Shown: positions 19,479 to 29,857, counted from the stretch's first letter. The stretch: DNA of 64,000 bases from an uncultured Candidatus Saccharibacteria bacterium (GCA_964633325.1 CAZWFS010000001.1:3063-67062); one strand, 5' to 3'. The notes: generated by a model not told the origin, from the sequence alone. Translations and numbers: made by a program.

Positions 19479-19871
19479 TCAGAGGCGCAGTTTATCGGCC
19501 ATAATGGCAAGCTCTGCCTGATCGGCCTCCCGTGTAAAGTCAGGCTCGACCCGAAATTGCGCCCCAGAGCTGATTGGAATCAGTTTGACGTGGGCGTGAG
19601 CCACATCTAGACCCTCAATCTGTACGCCAATTCGTTTGTCAGGTAAAACTTCATGCAGCCGTAGGGCAACCTTTTTTACTGTGTCCATAAGTGCGTGATA
19701 ATAGTCATCGGGCAAATCCATAAAATGATCGATCTGCGCCTTGGAAACAACGAGCACATGGCCCGGCTGGACCGGATGTATGTCGAGCAGGGCTATCGTC
19801 TTTTCGTCTTCGTAAATCTTATGGCAGGGGATTTCGCCTTTGATGATCTTGGTAAAGATGCTGTCTTCCAT
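19479..19871 (-). CDS. HIT family hydrolase
   Basis: SIFTKII.GEIP, GHVLV, VAHAHVKL (third His replaced by Lys). Confidence 0.9.
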   Translation of the reverse strand: MEDSIFTKIIKGEIPCHKIYEDEKTIALLDIHPVQPGHVLVVSKAQIDHFMDLPDDYYHALMDTVKKVALRLHEVLPDKRIGVQIEGLDVAHAHVKLIPISSGAQFRVEPDFTREADQAELAIMADKLRL

Positions 19872-19916
19872 ACTTCCATTGTAACCCCTTTCGTCGACCT
19901 GCCGTACAATTAGGTT

Positions 19917-20969
19917 ATGGGTTTTATTCGTAAGCTTGGAGTTATTGTGGCCGCTTCTTTACTGGGGACATCTTTACTGTTGGTGGTGGTAGCGGTCTGC
20001 TTGAATCAATTGTTTGGCAACTCGGGATATCTGAAGCGGGCATTGCAAGACAGTAAGGTTTACGAAACCCTAACGGATGACGCCTTACGGCAGTATCAAT
20101 ACACTGATAGTCCTGAGGATAGTAACGAGCTACCGATGGACAGGGAAGAGATCCATCAGGCGGCAAAAGAGGCTTTTAACCCACGGTTGCTACAAAGCTC
20201 CGCAGAGACAATGATTGACGGCACCTACGCTTGGCTGGAGGGGAAGACGGCACATCCGGATTTCCGGGTTGATCTGGGCGGCGCCAAGGCGGATTTTGCT
20301 CAGCGGATCGGCAGTTATGCACGCCAACGACTGGCTAGCTTGCCGGATTGCGGCCGTGGCCAATTACCGGACACGACCGACCCGTTCCAGATAAATTGCC
20401 GCCCTGTGGGATTTAGCTTTGAGCCAGAAATTAGACGTTTGACTGAAGGGCTGGCCAGCAGCCCGGACTACCTGGCCGACCCTGTTATTACTGCCAACAC
20501 ATTGACGGTCAAAAATGGCGAGGAGACAATACCAGTTTTTGAGCGCGCCAATAACCTGCCAGAAGCCTTTCGCGCGCTTAGGATAATGCCTTCCGTGTTC
20601 GGGTTACTAGCTACGGTGGCGGCAGGAATTATTATTGGCTTAGGCCGGCCCTGGATATCAGGTGTTAAACAGATCGCCAGAATATTTTTGGCAGCAGGTG
20701 TTATCACGCTCATAAGTTTATGGTTGGTTGGCTTCCTGGCTGATAAGCTGGTTGGGCAAGCAGCCGGATCCAGCCTCCAAGTTGCGGATTTCTCACAGCA
20801 AAACGTGTCGGCCGCCCTTATAAACACCACTCAGCAGGTAATCAGTGGTGTTGTCTTATCCATTGGTGTTATTTATATCTTTATTGGCCTGTTACTTACC
20901 CTGTGCATTCGGTTGGCGGGTCGTCGAAGGGCTATGGGCGAAGTTCCGCCAGCTCCATCGGGTAATTAG
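19917..20969 (+). CDS. multi-pass membrane protein
   Basis: four hydrophobic segments around an extracytoplasmic domain. Confidence 0.75.
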   Translation: MGFIRKLGVIVAASLLGTSLLLVVVAVCLNQLFGNSGYLKRALQDSKVYETLTDDALRQYQYTDSPEDSNELPMDREEIHQAAKEAFNPRLLQSSAETMIDGTYAWLEGKTAHPDFRVDLGGAKADFAQRIGSYARQRLASLPDCGRGQLPDTTDPFQINCRPVGFSFEPEIRRLTEGLASSPDYLADPVITANTLTVKNGEETIPVFERANNLPEAFRALRIMPSVFGLLATVAAGIIIGLGRPWISGVKQIARIFLAAGVITLISLWLVGFLADKLVGQAAGSSLQVADFSQQNVSAALINTTQQVISGVVLSIGVIYIFIGLLLTLCIRLAGRRRAMGEVPPAPSGN

Positions 20970-21003
20970 CGCTCGGACAAAGGTTAAGCGGTGTATAATG
21001 AGG

Positions 21004-21768
21004 ATGATGAAATCCGTAACAATCCGGTTGGACCTGCGTCTGTTATGTGCCGTTCTTATACTGGTTATCATCGGTATGCTGGCCGTTTGGCAGCCATGGA
21101 CCGAACGCGCCAATAACAAAAAAACGGTGACTGTGACAGGGCAGGCGACTCTGGAAGAAACTCCCGATGAATATGTCTTTATGCCCAATTTTAACGCTAG
21201 CGCGGCTACATCCGCCGAGGCGGTGGCCCAAGTAACCAAAAAAGGCAATGAAGTCGTTGACGCACTGAAAAAAATGGGAATTCACGAAGATCAACTTACC
21301 ACTAGGGTAGACAATTACGCCACCGATAATGGCGGCGGTCCTGAATTGCAGATAGCTCCCGCACAGCCTAACAGGCCGGGCGGAGCAATCACGGCCTTCT
21401 ACTATATAAATTGCAAAGTTAAAGACAAGGCGGTGGCCCAAAAGGTAACCGATTATCTTGCTAGTAGTGGAGCAACGGGCGGCGTCACCCCCCAAGCCGA
21501 TTTTAGCCTGGAAACTCGTAGCCAATTGGACACCCATGTACGGCAAAAAGCAATCCAGGACGCCAAGAGCAAGGCCGAAACCGAAGCCCGCGAACTTAAC
21601 GTCCGCTTAGGTGAAGTTGTATCTGTCAGCGAGGAGCCGTCTCCAGGAGGCATGCCAGCTCTAGACGCCAAAGCTGAAACAAGCGCTGGTAATTCCGGTT
21701 CGCCGCCGGTACTGACTGGAACCCAACGCATTACACTAATTATCACAGTCACCTATTCGATCAAATAA
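21004..21768 (+). CDS. SIMPL (DUF541) domain protein
   Basis: VTVTGQA...PD; AIQDAKSKA...LGEVVSVSE; VTYSI. Confidence 0.85.
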   Translation: MMKSVTIRLDLRLLCAVLILVIIGMLAVWQPWTERANNKKTVTVTGQATLEETPDEYVFMPNFNASAATSAEAVAQVTKKGNEVVDALKKMGIHEDQLTTRVDNYATDNGGGPELQIAPAQPNRPGGAITAFYYINCKVKDKAVAQKVTDYLASSGATGGVTPQADFSLETRSQLDTHVRQKAIQDAKSKAETEARELNVRLGEVVSVSEEPSPGGMPALDAKAETSAGNSGSPPVLTGTQRITLIITVTYSIK

Positions 21769-21841
21769 TAGCTTTTTGTCTCTCGACTCGCGTCGCTCAG
21801 GATCATTCGACAACCCCTAGGCTTGCCATGAGCTTGTCGAA

Positions 21842-21859
21842 TGGCGGAGAGGGAGGGAT
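21842..21859 (-). repeat. 18-bp duplicate of the tRNA-Ser 3' end
   Basis: tggcggagagggagggat identical to 21994-22011. Confidence 0.9.
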
Positions 21860-21993
21860 GACGCTATCGCTTCGCCGTTCAACCATGCTCGAAGCAAGCT
21901 TCTGCGCGTGGCCTCACTCTGCCGAACCTGGGTGTTCGAATCTTTCTCTGGAAGAGAAACGGCCATATCTTTCTGATATGACCGCCTCTCTCC

Positions 21994-22085
21994 TGGCGGA
22001 GAGGGAGGGATTCGAACCCTCGATGGAGTTGCCCCCATACTGCATTTCGAGTGCAGCGCACTAGACCGGACTATGCGACCTCTCC
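21994..22085 (-). tRNA. tRNA-Ser(CGA)
   Basis: cloverleaf with long variable arm, loop CT-CGA-AA, GTTCGAATC, encoded CCA. Confidence 0.96.
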
Positions 22086-22193
22086 ATATTCATCATATTA
22101 CTCTACCTCTGTTGGAGGTTCCAAATTAAAAAAACATTGACTTGCCCTCATAAAGCTACTATACTTCTGGTGTAGTAGACTAAGGGTATACTA

Positions 22194-22568
22194 ATGCATA
22201 AACTTGACTCGTACGAACGCAAACTATTGGATGGATGGGAAGAGGTCTTTAAGAAAGGGCAGTTGACGCTTTGGATCATGCTGGCGCTCAAAGACAACCC
22301 CAAGCACATGACAGAGATTAAGCAGTTCGTGGCGTCACTAACCCTTGACCGGCTGCAAGCTGACAATCAAAGCATGTACCGGGCTTTGCGCCGCTATTAC
22401 GACGCCGAGTTGGTTGATATTAGCATCGAGCCTAATGATAGCGGCCCGGACCGTAAAGTATACGGACTGACCGAGACCGGATACAGGGTGTTGGAAGCAT
22501 TTCTGGACCGCAATATCCGTCTGTTTTATAAACCACAAGTAAAAAAGCTTATCGAAAGGAGCTTATAA
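22194..22568 (+). CDS. PadR family transcriptional regulator
   Basis: KKGQL...SMYRALRR...GPDRKVYGLTETG. Confidence 0.9.
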   Translation: MHKLDSYERKLLDGWEEVFKKGQLTLWIMLALKDNPKHMTEIKQFVASLTLDRLQADNQSMYRALRRYYDAELVDISIEPNDSGPDRKVYGLTETGYRVLEAFLDRNIRLFYKPQVKKLIERSL

Positions 22569-22963
22569 TGACACGAAATAGTAAACTGTATGCCGGGTTT
22601 TGCGTGATTTGGTCAGTCGGGTTTTTTAGCGTATTGCACTGGGCTTTATTTGATCAGGAGGGTCGATGGCCCTATATTGTCGCCTCGGCACTAACCTACG
22701 GAATGGGTTTTGCAATAATGGGAGCCCTGCTTGGGCGTTTCGATAAAGCCAGCTCCACCCGCCACGATTTGCAGCTTTTATATTCTTCTACCAGTAACAT
22801 CATAAGTTTTTTTATAGGCGGGTTATGGATTCTGTTATTTCGAGGCGAGCATTGGTGGGAATTGCCAATTGCTGGCGGTTTTCTGGCTGTTGCCCTAGGA
22901 CTAACCTTGCGAGCCAGTCGGCGACGCATTAAGGGTATGAGCAAACAAGAATTGTTTAAATAA
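22568..22963 (+). CDS. four-TM membrane protein coupled to PadR
   Basis: TAATG stop/start overlap; hydrophobic. Confidence 0.75.
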   Translation: MTRNSKLYAGFCVIWSVGFFSVLHWALFDQEGRWPYIVASALTYGMGFAIMGALLGRFDKASSTRHDLQLLYSSTSNIISFFIGGLWILLFRGEHWWELPIAGGFLAVALGLTLRASRRRIKGMSKQELFK

Positions 22964-23124
22964 TTACATATTTTATGGTAAAGATTATATAGAGTAAGGG
23001 ATCGGCTTGGTTGGCTTTGTAGGAACCATCATTGACCCTGTTGTAATGATTCTGGTCGCTACTACTACCAAGAGTCAAAAGACTACTCCGGTTACGATGT
23101 AATGGAAATTGGTTGGCCGTATAG

Positions 23125-24243
23125 ATGAAGATAACACGCGAGAAGCGAACCTTGACTGGTTACGGACTTATAGTCGCAAGCGGCTTAATGGGCGCCGCAA
23201 TCACTATCGGGGCAGTTTCATTCTTTGACATGATCCTGAAACTGATTTGGGAAAATTTATTCAACCTGGATACGGTCGAGCCGTCTCGGTCCTTGGTGGG
23301 GCCGTTAATGTTAGTCCTGGGGGGGTTGAGCGTCGGTTTCTTCATCAAACGCTATGGCAAAGCGGGCGAGGGCTTGGAAGAAATTGCGCAGCAAGTTGCC
23401 AAGTCCGGTGGCATACAGTGGCGGCAAGTCCCTAGGACACTTGCGCTCAGCCTACTTTCAATAGCCAGCGGAGCCAGCCTTGGGCCGGAAGCCCCTTCAA
23501 CCGTTGCCAGTGCCGGCAGTGCTAGCTGGTTGGCGGAAAAGGCTAACAAAGGTCTTTGGCTCAAGAAAGCTATGGGGGTAGCTAGTTTGGTTGGCATGAT
23601 TGGTGGTTTTTTTGTATTAACGAATGAGGCAGGAGGTTTTGGGCTACCGGCTGACAGCGGGTCAGAGTTACATCATCTACCAGCGGCTTTCATCTTTGGA
23701 GTGGCCGGTGGGGCGTTAGGTGTTTTGGTCGCTGGTCTTATGCTAGTATCAGAGCCCCTATTTAAACATTACGACAAAAAGCCTGTGCATTTGGCCCTTA
23801 TAGGTTCGATAGCGGTTGCCATTATTACCTTTGCTGCTCCCTTGACCATGTTTAGCGGCCAGTATGTCATGCCCAAGCTTATAGCTGGTTCTGCCATAAT
23901 GACAGTTATCGGGTTAATGGCTTTAGCTTTAGCGAAATTGCTTTCCACTAGCATCTTACTTCGTAGCGGTTTTTTTGGCGGACCAATCTTCCCTACCTTG
24001 TTTGCTGGCACGGCACTAGGCCTGGCCTTGAATCACCTGATGGGTAGCCCTGACGGGGTTGCCGTCGCTGCCTCCGTAGCTGGGCTTCTGACTATAACGC
24101 TAAGAAAGCCCCTCATTGCAGGGCTGATGGCGATAGCTGTCACTAACACTGCTGCTACGCCGTCGGTTTTGGTGGGTGTGGCGGGAGCGATGCTGATACA
24201 TGGAGCTGCCGCAAGGCTGCGGCCTCCAAGCACTATTATTTAG
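23125..24243 (+). CDS. voltage-gated chloride channel (ClC) family protein
   Basis: GASLGPEAP and GFFGGPIFP motifs. Confidence 0.8.
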   Translation: MKITREKRTLTGYGLIVASGLMGAAITIGAVSFFDMILKLIWENLFNLDTVEPSRSLVGPLMLVLGGLSVGFFIKRYGKAGEGLEEIAQQVAKSGGIQWRQVPRTLALSLLSIASGASLGPEAPSTVASAGSASWLAEKANKGLWLKKAMGVASLVGMIGGFFVLTNEAGGFGLPADSGSELHHLPAAFIFGVAGGALGVLVAGLMLVSEPLFKHYDKKPVHLALIGSIAVAIITFAAPLTMFSGQYVMPKLIAGSAIMTVIGLMALALAKLLSTSILLRSGFFGGPIFPTLFAGTALGLALNHLMGSPDGVAVAASVAGLLTITLRKPLIAGLMAIAVTNTAATPSVLVGVAGAMLIHGAAARLRPPSTII

Positions 24244-24449
24244 TACCAATAATAAGGTTTTCTGGTAATGATAGTGGTACCAGCTACCTGACGTATTACG
24301 TACAGAGTACCACCAAGTTATTATACAAATATCAAAGGAATTGCGTATAGCTAAGGAGTATCTTGGCAACGGCTTGCCAGAGTTAGGATTATCAGCAGCC
24401 TAAGAAAAACGAGAAAACTAGTTTTGTATATATAGTTAGCTTTTGCGGT

Positions 24450-26264
24450 TTAGCGATAGCCCTCGGCTTGTTTGTCAAACATTTCTTTGTAAAGCCCGTC
24501 TTTATTTTTCATAAGTTGTGAGTGTGGTCCTTGCTCAATAACTTCACCGTCACGCATTACATAAATTGTTTCTGCACGTCTAACAGTGCTAAATCGGTGG
24601 GAAATGATTATTGTGGTCTTGTGTTTACTGTGAGCTTCAAGTGTCTTAAAGATTTCATACTCACTTTTTGCGTCTACGGCAGCAGTAGGTTCGTCCAAGA
24701 TTAAAATATCAGCGTCCCTAAAGAGCGCACGGGCTAAAGCAATCCTTTGCCATTGACCTCCTGACGGTTCAATACCGTCCTTGAAACCCACCTCAAGTAC
24801 CTGTTCGTATTGTTTCGGGTACTCTTTGATAAAAGGTTCAGCGTTAGCAATTTGTGAAGCCTTATGAACTCTTTTATTGTCACTAAAATCTTCAACTCGC
24901 CCAAGGGCAATGTTATCCCGAACCGAAAATGGGTAGTCGTTGAAGTTTTGAAACAACACACCAATGTGAGTGTAGTAGCTAGTTAAATCTAATTCTCTTA
25001 CATCTGTACCATTCACTAGTATTCTGCCTTCATCAGGGTCGTAAAAGCGGAGCAACAGTTTAATTACGGTAGTTTTACCAGCCCCATTCTCACCTACAAA
25101 TGCCAGGCTGTCACCAGGCTTAACGGTGAAGCTAACATTTTTAAGGGCTAGTTTTTCACTATTGGGATACTTAAATGATACGTTTTCAAAAGTAATAGTC
25201 GGGTTGGTCTTTGACGATAGCTCTACTGGGTTCTTCGGTTGTGGCATTTGTGGCTTCACATCAAACAGCCAGTACAAATCTTTCATGTACTCATTATTGT
25301 CGTAGATAAAGCTGAGTGAGTTAACGATAAGGCTTAATGAGCTGCCAAACTGCAAGATGATTCCACTGTAAAAGCTGTAGTCGGCTAGACTAAGAGTGCG
25401 GTCAAGTACTTTTTGAAGTAGCCAAAGCGTAACCCCTGCCGCCACAAGCACCTCGGTAGTTAAGCCAGCAAACATTCTTCCTTGCGTATTTCTGAGATAC
25501 TTGAGCTGGCGATTATAGAAGTCCGTATGTAGTCCCTCTAAAAAGTTAATTAAGTGGCTACGTGTTCCAAAGATTTTTGTTTCTTGTAGCTTATTTTTAT
25601 CTTGTAAGTACTGAGTAGTTCGGTGTGCCAATAATGGCTTGTCGCCCTTTTCGCCCCATAAGTTCCACTTTAATTTACTAAATCTTTTCTCTGCTAAAAA
25701 TCCAGGTATCAGAGAAGCTGCCATAACGAAGATTAGCCACGGCGCAAATGTCGCTACCACAATTAGGGTTGAAACTAATCTAACTACAGAGTGCAGACAC
25801 TGCAATATATAATTAGCGAAGTTCTGTGGAGTGTAGGAGTATTCTTGCTGTAACTTTTGAAGTTTTTTCTCAAAGTCATGGTCATGGTGTTGCTCCATAT
25901 CCAGCCCTGAAACGGCATTATTGAAATCAACGGTTATTCTCACGTACCATTTAATCCATGTTTTTCGTTCAATAAAGGTAAGCCACCGCCACGCAAAACG
26001 CTCGCCAAGTACTGCTAGAGTTGATAAGGCAAGCAGAAGATATACATAAGAATTAGATACGGGTTGATTTTGGAACACTTTAGTTAATTCACCGATGATA
26101 CGACTACCGAAATAGATTGTAAGAATACTTGACGTTACTTGTAGGGCAATTAGTAGCAAATAACTAATCAGCGAAGCTTTATCTATCTGCCAATAAAGAC
26201 GTATAGTGCGCCAAACGTTTTTGCGCAATGAGTAACTAGCAGATTGGTGTTTTGGTTTACTCAT
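24450..26264 (-). CDS. ABC exporter, fused permease/ATPase
   Basis: TM domain + GENGAGKTT, PSGGQWQR, LDEPT. Confidence 0.92.
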   Translation of the reverse strand: MSKPKHQSASYSLRKNVWRTIRLYWQIDKASLISYLLLIALQVTSSILTIYFGSRIIGELTKVFQNQPVSNSYVYLLLALSTLAVLGERFAWRWLTFIERKTWIKWYVRITVDFNNAVSGLDMEQHHDHDFEKKLQKLQQEYSYTPQNFANYILQCLHSVVRLVSTLIVVATFAPWLIFVMAASLIPGFLAEKRFSKLKWNLWGEKGDKPLLAHRTTQYLQDKNKLQETKIFGTRSHLINFLEGLHTDFYNRQLKYLRNTQGRMFAGLTTEVLVAAGVTLWLLQKVLDRTLSLADYSFYSGIILQFGSSLSLIVNSLSFIYDNNEYMKDLYWLFDVKPQMPQPKNPVELSSKTNPTITFENVSFKYPNSEKLALKNVSFTVKPGDSLAFVGENGAGKTTVIKLLLRFYDPDEGRILVNGTDVRELDLTSYYTHIGVLFQNFNDYPFSVRDNIALGRVEDFSDNKRVHKASQIANAEPFIKEYPKQYEQVLEVGFKDGIEPSGGQWQRIALARALFRDADILILDEPTAAVDAKSEYEIFKTLEAHSKHKTTIIISHRFSTVRRAETIYVMRDGEVIEQGPHSQLMKNKDGLYKEMFDKQAEGYR

Positions 26265-26270
26265 ACTAAC

Positions 26271-26762
26271 TTAGCTCTCATCTTTCATTAACAGTATTGG
26301 CGGGTCAAAAAAGCTCATTTCATCTTTATCGGGTGGCTGTAGCTGGCTGGCAGATTTCTCAAGTCGTTCACGTGTTAGTGGTGCGTCAAGCTCTGTTTCT
26401 TTTTTATTACGAGTATCAACACGCTGCCATAGTTCCTCAAAAGGTAGCTCTAAATAATGTAACTCAATCCTTAATCCATTAGAATGAGCTTCAAGCCTTA
26501 ACTTATCTCGCTCCTCACGTCCCCAGAAACCATTTTCAAGAACAACATTGCTACCTGACTTCGCTAACTTTAATGCCTTTTTCCATTGTTCGGCTTCAAT
26601 ATCCGCCCTGGCTTTCTCGTCAAAGAAGCTAATGCCACGTTCGTATAGCTCTTGGTCTGGACTCATGACAACTGCTGGCATTTCACTAGCCAGTTTCTTT
26701 GCAAGCGTAGACTTACCAGCACCTGGCAAACCGCATAACAATACTAGAGTTCCTTGTTTCAT
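26271..26762 (-). CDS. P-loop kinase (AAA_33-like)
   Basis: CGLPGAGKST; GFWGREER. Confidence 0.85.
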   Translation of the reverse strand: MKQGTLVLLCGLPGAGKSTLAKKLASEMPAVVMSPDQELYERGISFFDEKARADIEAEQWKKALKLAKSGSNVVLENGFWGREERDKLRLEAHSNGLRIELHYLELPFEELWQRVDTRNKKETELDAPLTRERLEKSASQLQPPDKDEMSFFDPPILLMKDES

Positions 26763-28237
26763 TTAATTTCCTTATCTAAGTTAATTGTACGACTTATGCC
26801 GACCTGACGTAAGAAGTATTTATCGTGTGAAGCAATTAGCATTGCGCCTTGATAATTTTGCAGTGCAGCTTCAATCTTTTCTCTAGTCGGTAAGTCTAAA
26901 TGATTGGTTGGCTCGTCAAGGATTAGTAGTTGGTTTTGAGAAAGAAGCAACTTAGCAAAACTTAGCTTTGATTGCTGACCACGAGATAGTTCACTCGGCT
27001 TCTTTCTAAGCTCGTTTTCGTCTAGTCCTAGACTTCGTGCTTCACGATAAATTGCTGTTGAGGTAGCAGTTGTAACTTCAAGATTTTCAAAATTAGTCAG
27101 GCTGTAGTCCAGTCCATTAACGTCTTGTGAGAAATAACCAAACTTTATATCTTGTCCTACTTCTACAGTGCCAGTATTCGGCGTGAGTAAGTGAGCAGCA
27201 ATTTTAAGTAGCGTAGTTTTGCCACTGCCATTTGTACCTTGAATATGTAGTCTTTCGGTTCCTCGTATTTCAAAGTCAGGGTACGTAATAGTCTTATTGC
27301 TGTAGTTTTTTCTAACATTTTCAGCTCCTAGAATAAGCTTAGTTGGCGGAACATTCCCACCTAGTGTAACTTTATAGTTTTTGCTGGATTCTGGCTTCTC
27401 AACTTCCTCTAATTGCTCAAGCCGACCTTGTAACATTTTAGAGTTTTGCCCGAACTTAACAGTTACACGATTACGGAAAAAGTCCCTTTGGTACTTATCG
27501 TTATCATTGCGTTTAATATGCTTATGGGCGTGTTGGCTCTTATCGCTCTGTACCTTAATAGCTTTTTCTAGTCGTTTGCGTTCCTCAATGTTGCTTTCAT
27601 ATTTTGCATATTCACTCTGATATTCAATTTCCTTTTGTTGTTTGTAGAAATCGTAATCCCCACCGTATTGCTTAAGTTCGCCGTTGCGTAGTTCGGCAAT
27701 ACTAGTTGAGACTTTGTTGATGAAGTGCCTATCGTGGCTTACAAGCACAATACCGCCCCTAAAGTTTTTAACGAATTGTTCCAACCATACTAGACCGCCA
27801 GCGTCTAAATTATTGGTAGGCTCATCAAGCAGCAACATTGTTGGTTCTGGGTCTTTTGCGAGTACTTTCGCTAGTGCCAAGCGTGTTTTCTGACCACCAC
27901 TTAAGCTAGAAACAGCTCTGGTTTTTGGTACGCCTTCAAGCCCAACCAGACTTAGCGTATGGTCAATTTTCCAGTCTTCGCTGTGCTTATCAAAGCTATC
28001 TTGAATAGTGCCAACTGATTCAGCTTCCTGTGGCACATAGCCTACTGCTTCATGATGTAGTGCAATGTTGCCACTATCAGGCTTTAGCTCCCCTAAAACT
28101 ATTTTAAGCAAAGTAGTTTTACCCGCTCCATTTTCGCCAATAAGAGCAATGACCTCGCCAGCATTAACTGACAGACTTACATCTTTAAGCACAGGTTTAT
28201 CTCTGTATGATTTGTGTATGTGTTGCAAGGTAAACAT
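26759..28237 (-). CDS. ABC-F ATPase, likely ribosome-protection (ARE-type)
   Basis: two ABC domains (GENGAGKTT/LSGGQ; GTNGSGKTT/LSRGQ), no TM, extended basic linker. Confidence 0.85.
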   Translation of the reverse strand: MFTLQHIHKSYRDKPVLKDVSLSVNAGEVIALIGENGAGKTTLLKIVLGELKPDSGNIALHHEAVGYVPQEAESVGTIQDSFDKHSEDWKIDHTLSLVGLEGVPKTRAVSSLSGGQKTRLALAKVLAKDPEPTMLLLDEPTNNLDAGGLVWLEQFVKNFRGGIVLVSHDRHFINKVSTSIAELRNGELKQYGGDYDFYKQQKEIEYQSEYAKYESNIEERKRLEKAIKVQSDKSQHAHKHIKRNDNDKYQRDFFRNRVTVKFGQNSKMLQGRLEQLEEVEKPESSKNYKVTLGGNVPPTKLILGAENVRKNYSNKTITYPDFEIRGTERLHIQGTNGSGKTTLLKIAAHLLTPNTGTVEVGQDIKFGYFSQDVNGLDYSLTNFENLEVTTATSTAIYREARSLGLDENELRKKPSELSRGQQSKLSFAKLLLSQNQLLILDEPTNHLDLPTREKIEAALQNYQGAMLIASHDKYFLRQVGISRTINLDKEIK

Positions 28238-28251
28238 ATAAACTCCTAACT

Positions 28252-28300
28252 AAAAAAACCGAGCGTTGGTTAACGAAATATCGCCACACAACTGCTCGGT
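28252..28300 (-). terminator. leader terminator of the ABC-F attenuator
   Basis: - strand ACCGAGC...GCTCGGT followed by a T-run just upstream of the ABC-F RBS. Confidence 0.75.
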
Positions 28301-28369
28301 CTTTTACAAGGGTTTAACTGATAGAAAAACAATCAAATAGCAAAGCTACACAAAGCTGTGTGAACGACT

Positions 28370-28393
28370 TTAGCGGTTGATTGTTACTATCAT
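28370..28393 (-). CDS. leader peptide MIVTINR of the ABC-F operon
   Basis: AAGGAG RBS, ATG ATA GTA ACA ATC AAC CGC TAA, between a TTGACA/TACAAT promoter and the terminator. Confidence 0.7.
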   Translation of the reverse strand: MIVTINR

Positions 28394-28448
28394 AAGTACG
28401 TTTAACTCCTTTAGATAGCTACATTGTATAACAATTATGTTTATCTTG

Positions 28449-28979
28449 TCAAATTGACAGTTTTATTATCTCGTCTACAACTTTTTCAAGTGGCTGTTCT
28501 GCATTAACAAGCATTGCGCCATAGCTTTTCATTTGTTCGTCAATAGTATTATTCCAACCTAGTATATCTTTTAAGTCATCGGGGTGTTTTCCGTAATCAT
28601 TATTAGTTCTGTCATCAAGACGTTGCTGCAATACTTCATTACTAATTGAAAGGCTTATGACCTTATCAAATAAGTCCCATACATCTTTATCATTTGGAGT
28701 TGTACCGCATAGAAAAAAAGGCTTACCTTTAGTTTTAGCAAGTTCGGCAATTTCTTCTACTTTTGAGCGTTCTACTTTTAACCAATACCGCTTACGCCAC
28801 TCGTTAGTAGTATCCGTCCACCCTTTTTGCTCAGCAGCTTTTTTATCAGTTGAGCGGTTGTACCACACCCTAAAATTATCTTCATCAACATCATAAGCGT
28901 CATATCCACGCCTTTTTAATTCAAGCCGAATGGTTGATTTTCCAGTTCCTGAAATCCCAGTAATGAATATGAGTGGCAT
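28449..28979 (-). CDS. P-loop nucleoside/shikimate-kinase-like protein
   Basis: ITGISGTGKST; RL..RT.NDYGK. Confidence 0.82.
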   Translation of the reverse strand: MPLIFITGISGTGKSTIRLELKRRGYDAYDVDEDNFRVWYNRSTDKKAAEQKGWTDTTNEWRKRYWLKVERSKVEEIAELAKTKGKPFFLCGTTPNDKDVWDLFDKVISLSISNEVLQQRLDDRTNNDYGKHPDDLKDILGWNNTIDEQMKSYGAMLVNAEQPLEKVVDEIIKLSI

Positions 28980-29154
28980 AGAGTAATTATACAAAATTAT
29001 ATGCTCTGGAATAGTTGCTGTTTAAGGCACATACAGGCGTTTTAACGTGAGTTTATGGCAAACCTGCGGAATTGTAGGGAAACGGACTTTTCGTACAGCA
29101 AATCTGCAAAAAACAAAGAGAAAACACTGCGTTTTCAAATAATCTGTCAGAAAA

Positions 29155-29625
29155 CTATTGTCCTTGCTTATGTGGCGCATTCTTACCGTTAAAACCAGGT
29201 TGCACAGCAATTCTAGCTTTCCATTCTGCGTTATCAAGCACTGATACTGGTTCGGCGTTGTGTAGCTCCCGAAAGTCTTCACGAGCTGCTTTAATGACAC
29301 TACTAATTACTAAAGCACTGGGATAGAAATGTGGTGTTAGCAGTATTTGGGTCTTACTGCCAATATGCTGTTTGTCTAATACCTGGTAATAAAGGTGTGA
29401 AGGAAATATATACAATCCTTGTTGCTTGTAGTCCCCGTCTTCTATTCCGAAGTCTTTACCGATATTTGTTATAAATATAAATCTAACGTTGCAGTTACTA
29501 AGCAAACCACCACGCAAGGTTGAAGCCGTTACAGGATTAAGAGCGTGTACCCAATCGTTTAGCACATACCTTTCCAGCAGCCGTCCATTGGCTTCTATGT
29601 CGGCGTAAAGGAAATTAAAAGTCAT
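29155..29625 (-). CDS. hypothetical protein, possibly ADP-ribosyltransferase-like fold
   Basis: pattern FLYAD...TAS...GG...GLYIF...YQVLD....KTQILL recalled from ART-like hypothetical families. Confidence 0.4.
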   Translation of the reverse strand: MTFNFLYADIEANGRLLERYVLNDWVHALNPVTASTLRGGLLSNCNVRFIFITNIGKDFGIEDGDYKQQGLYIFPSHLYYQVLDKQHIGSKTQILLTPHFYPSALVISSVIKAAREDFRELHNAEPVSVLDNAEWKARIAVQPGFNGKNAPHKQGQ

Positions 29626-29857
29626 AAGCCACTACTTCACCTAACTTTGAAAGGTATAAAAGATTTGTGCGAGCATTATTTATCTTTTCAGCGAAGACCT
29701 TTTCATTACGAAAATGTCGGTAAAAAGTGTCCCTGCTGATACCAGCATAAGCGCAAGCTTCCGAAATACTTGAGCCGTGCTGCAAAGCGTCTTCCAGCTT
29801 GCTCATTACGGTGTAATTAACTTTGGCGGGTCTGCCGTTAGCTTTTTTATTTGTCAT
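29615..29857 (-). CDS. HTH protein resembling a terminase small subunit N-terminus
   Basis: GRPAK...SISEACAYAGISRDTFYR. Confidence 0.6.
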   Translation of the reverse strand: MTNKKANGRPAKVNYTVMSKLEDALQHGSSISEACAYAGISRDTFYRHFRNEKVFAEKINNARTNLLYLSKLGEVVAYDF

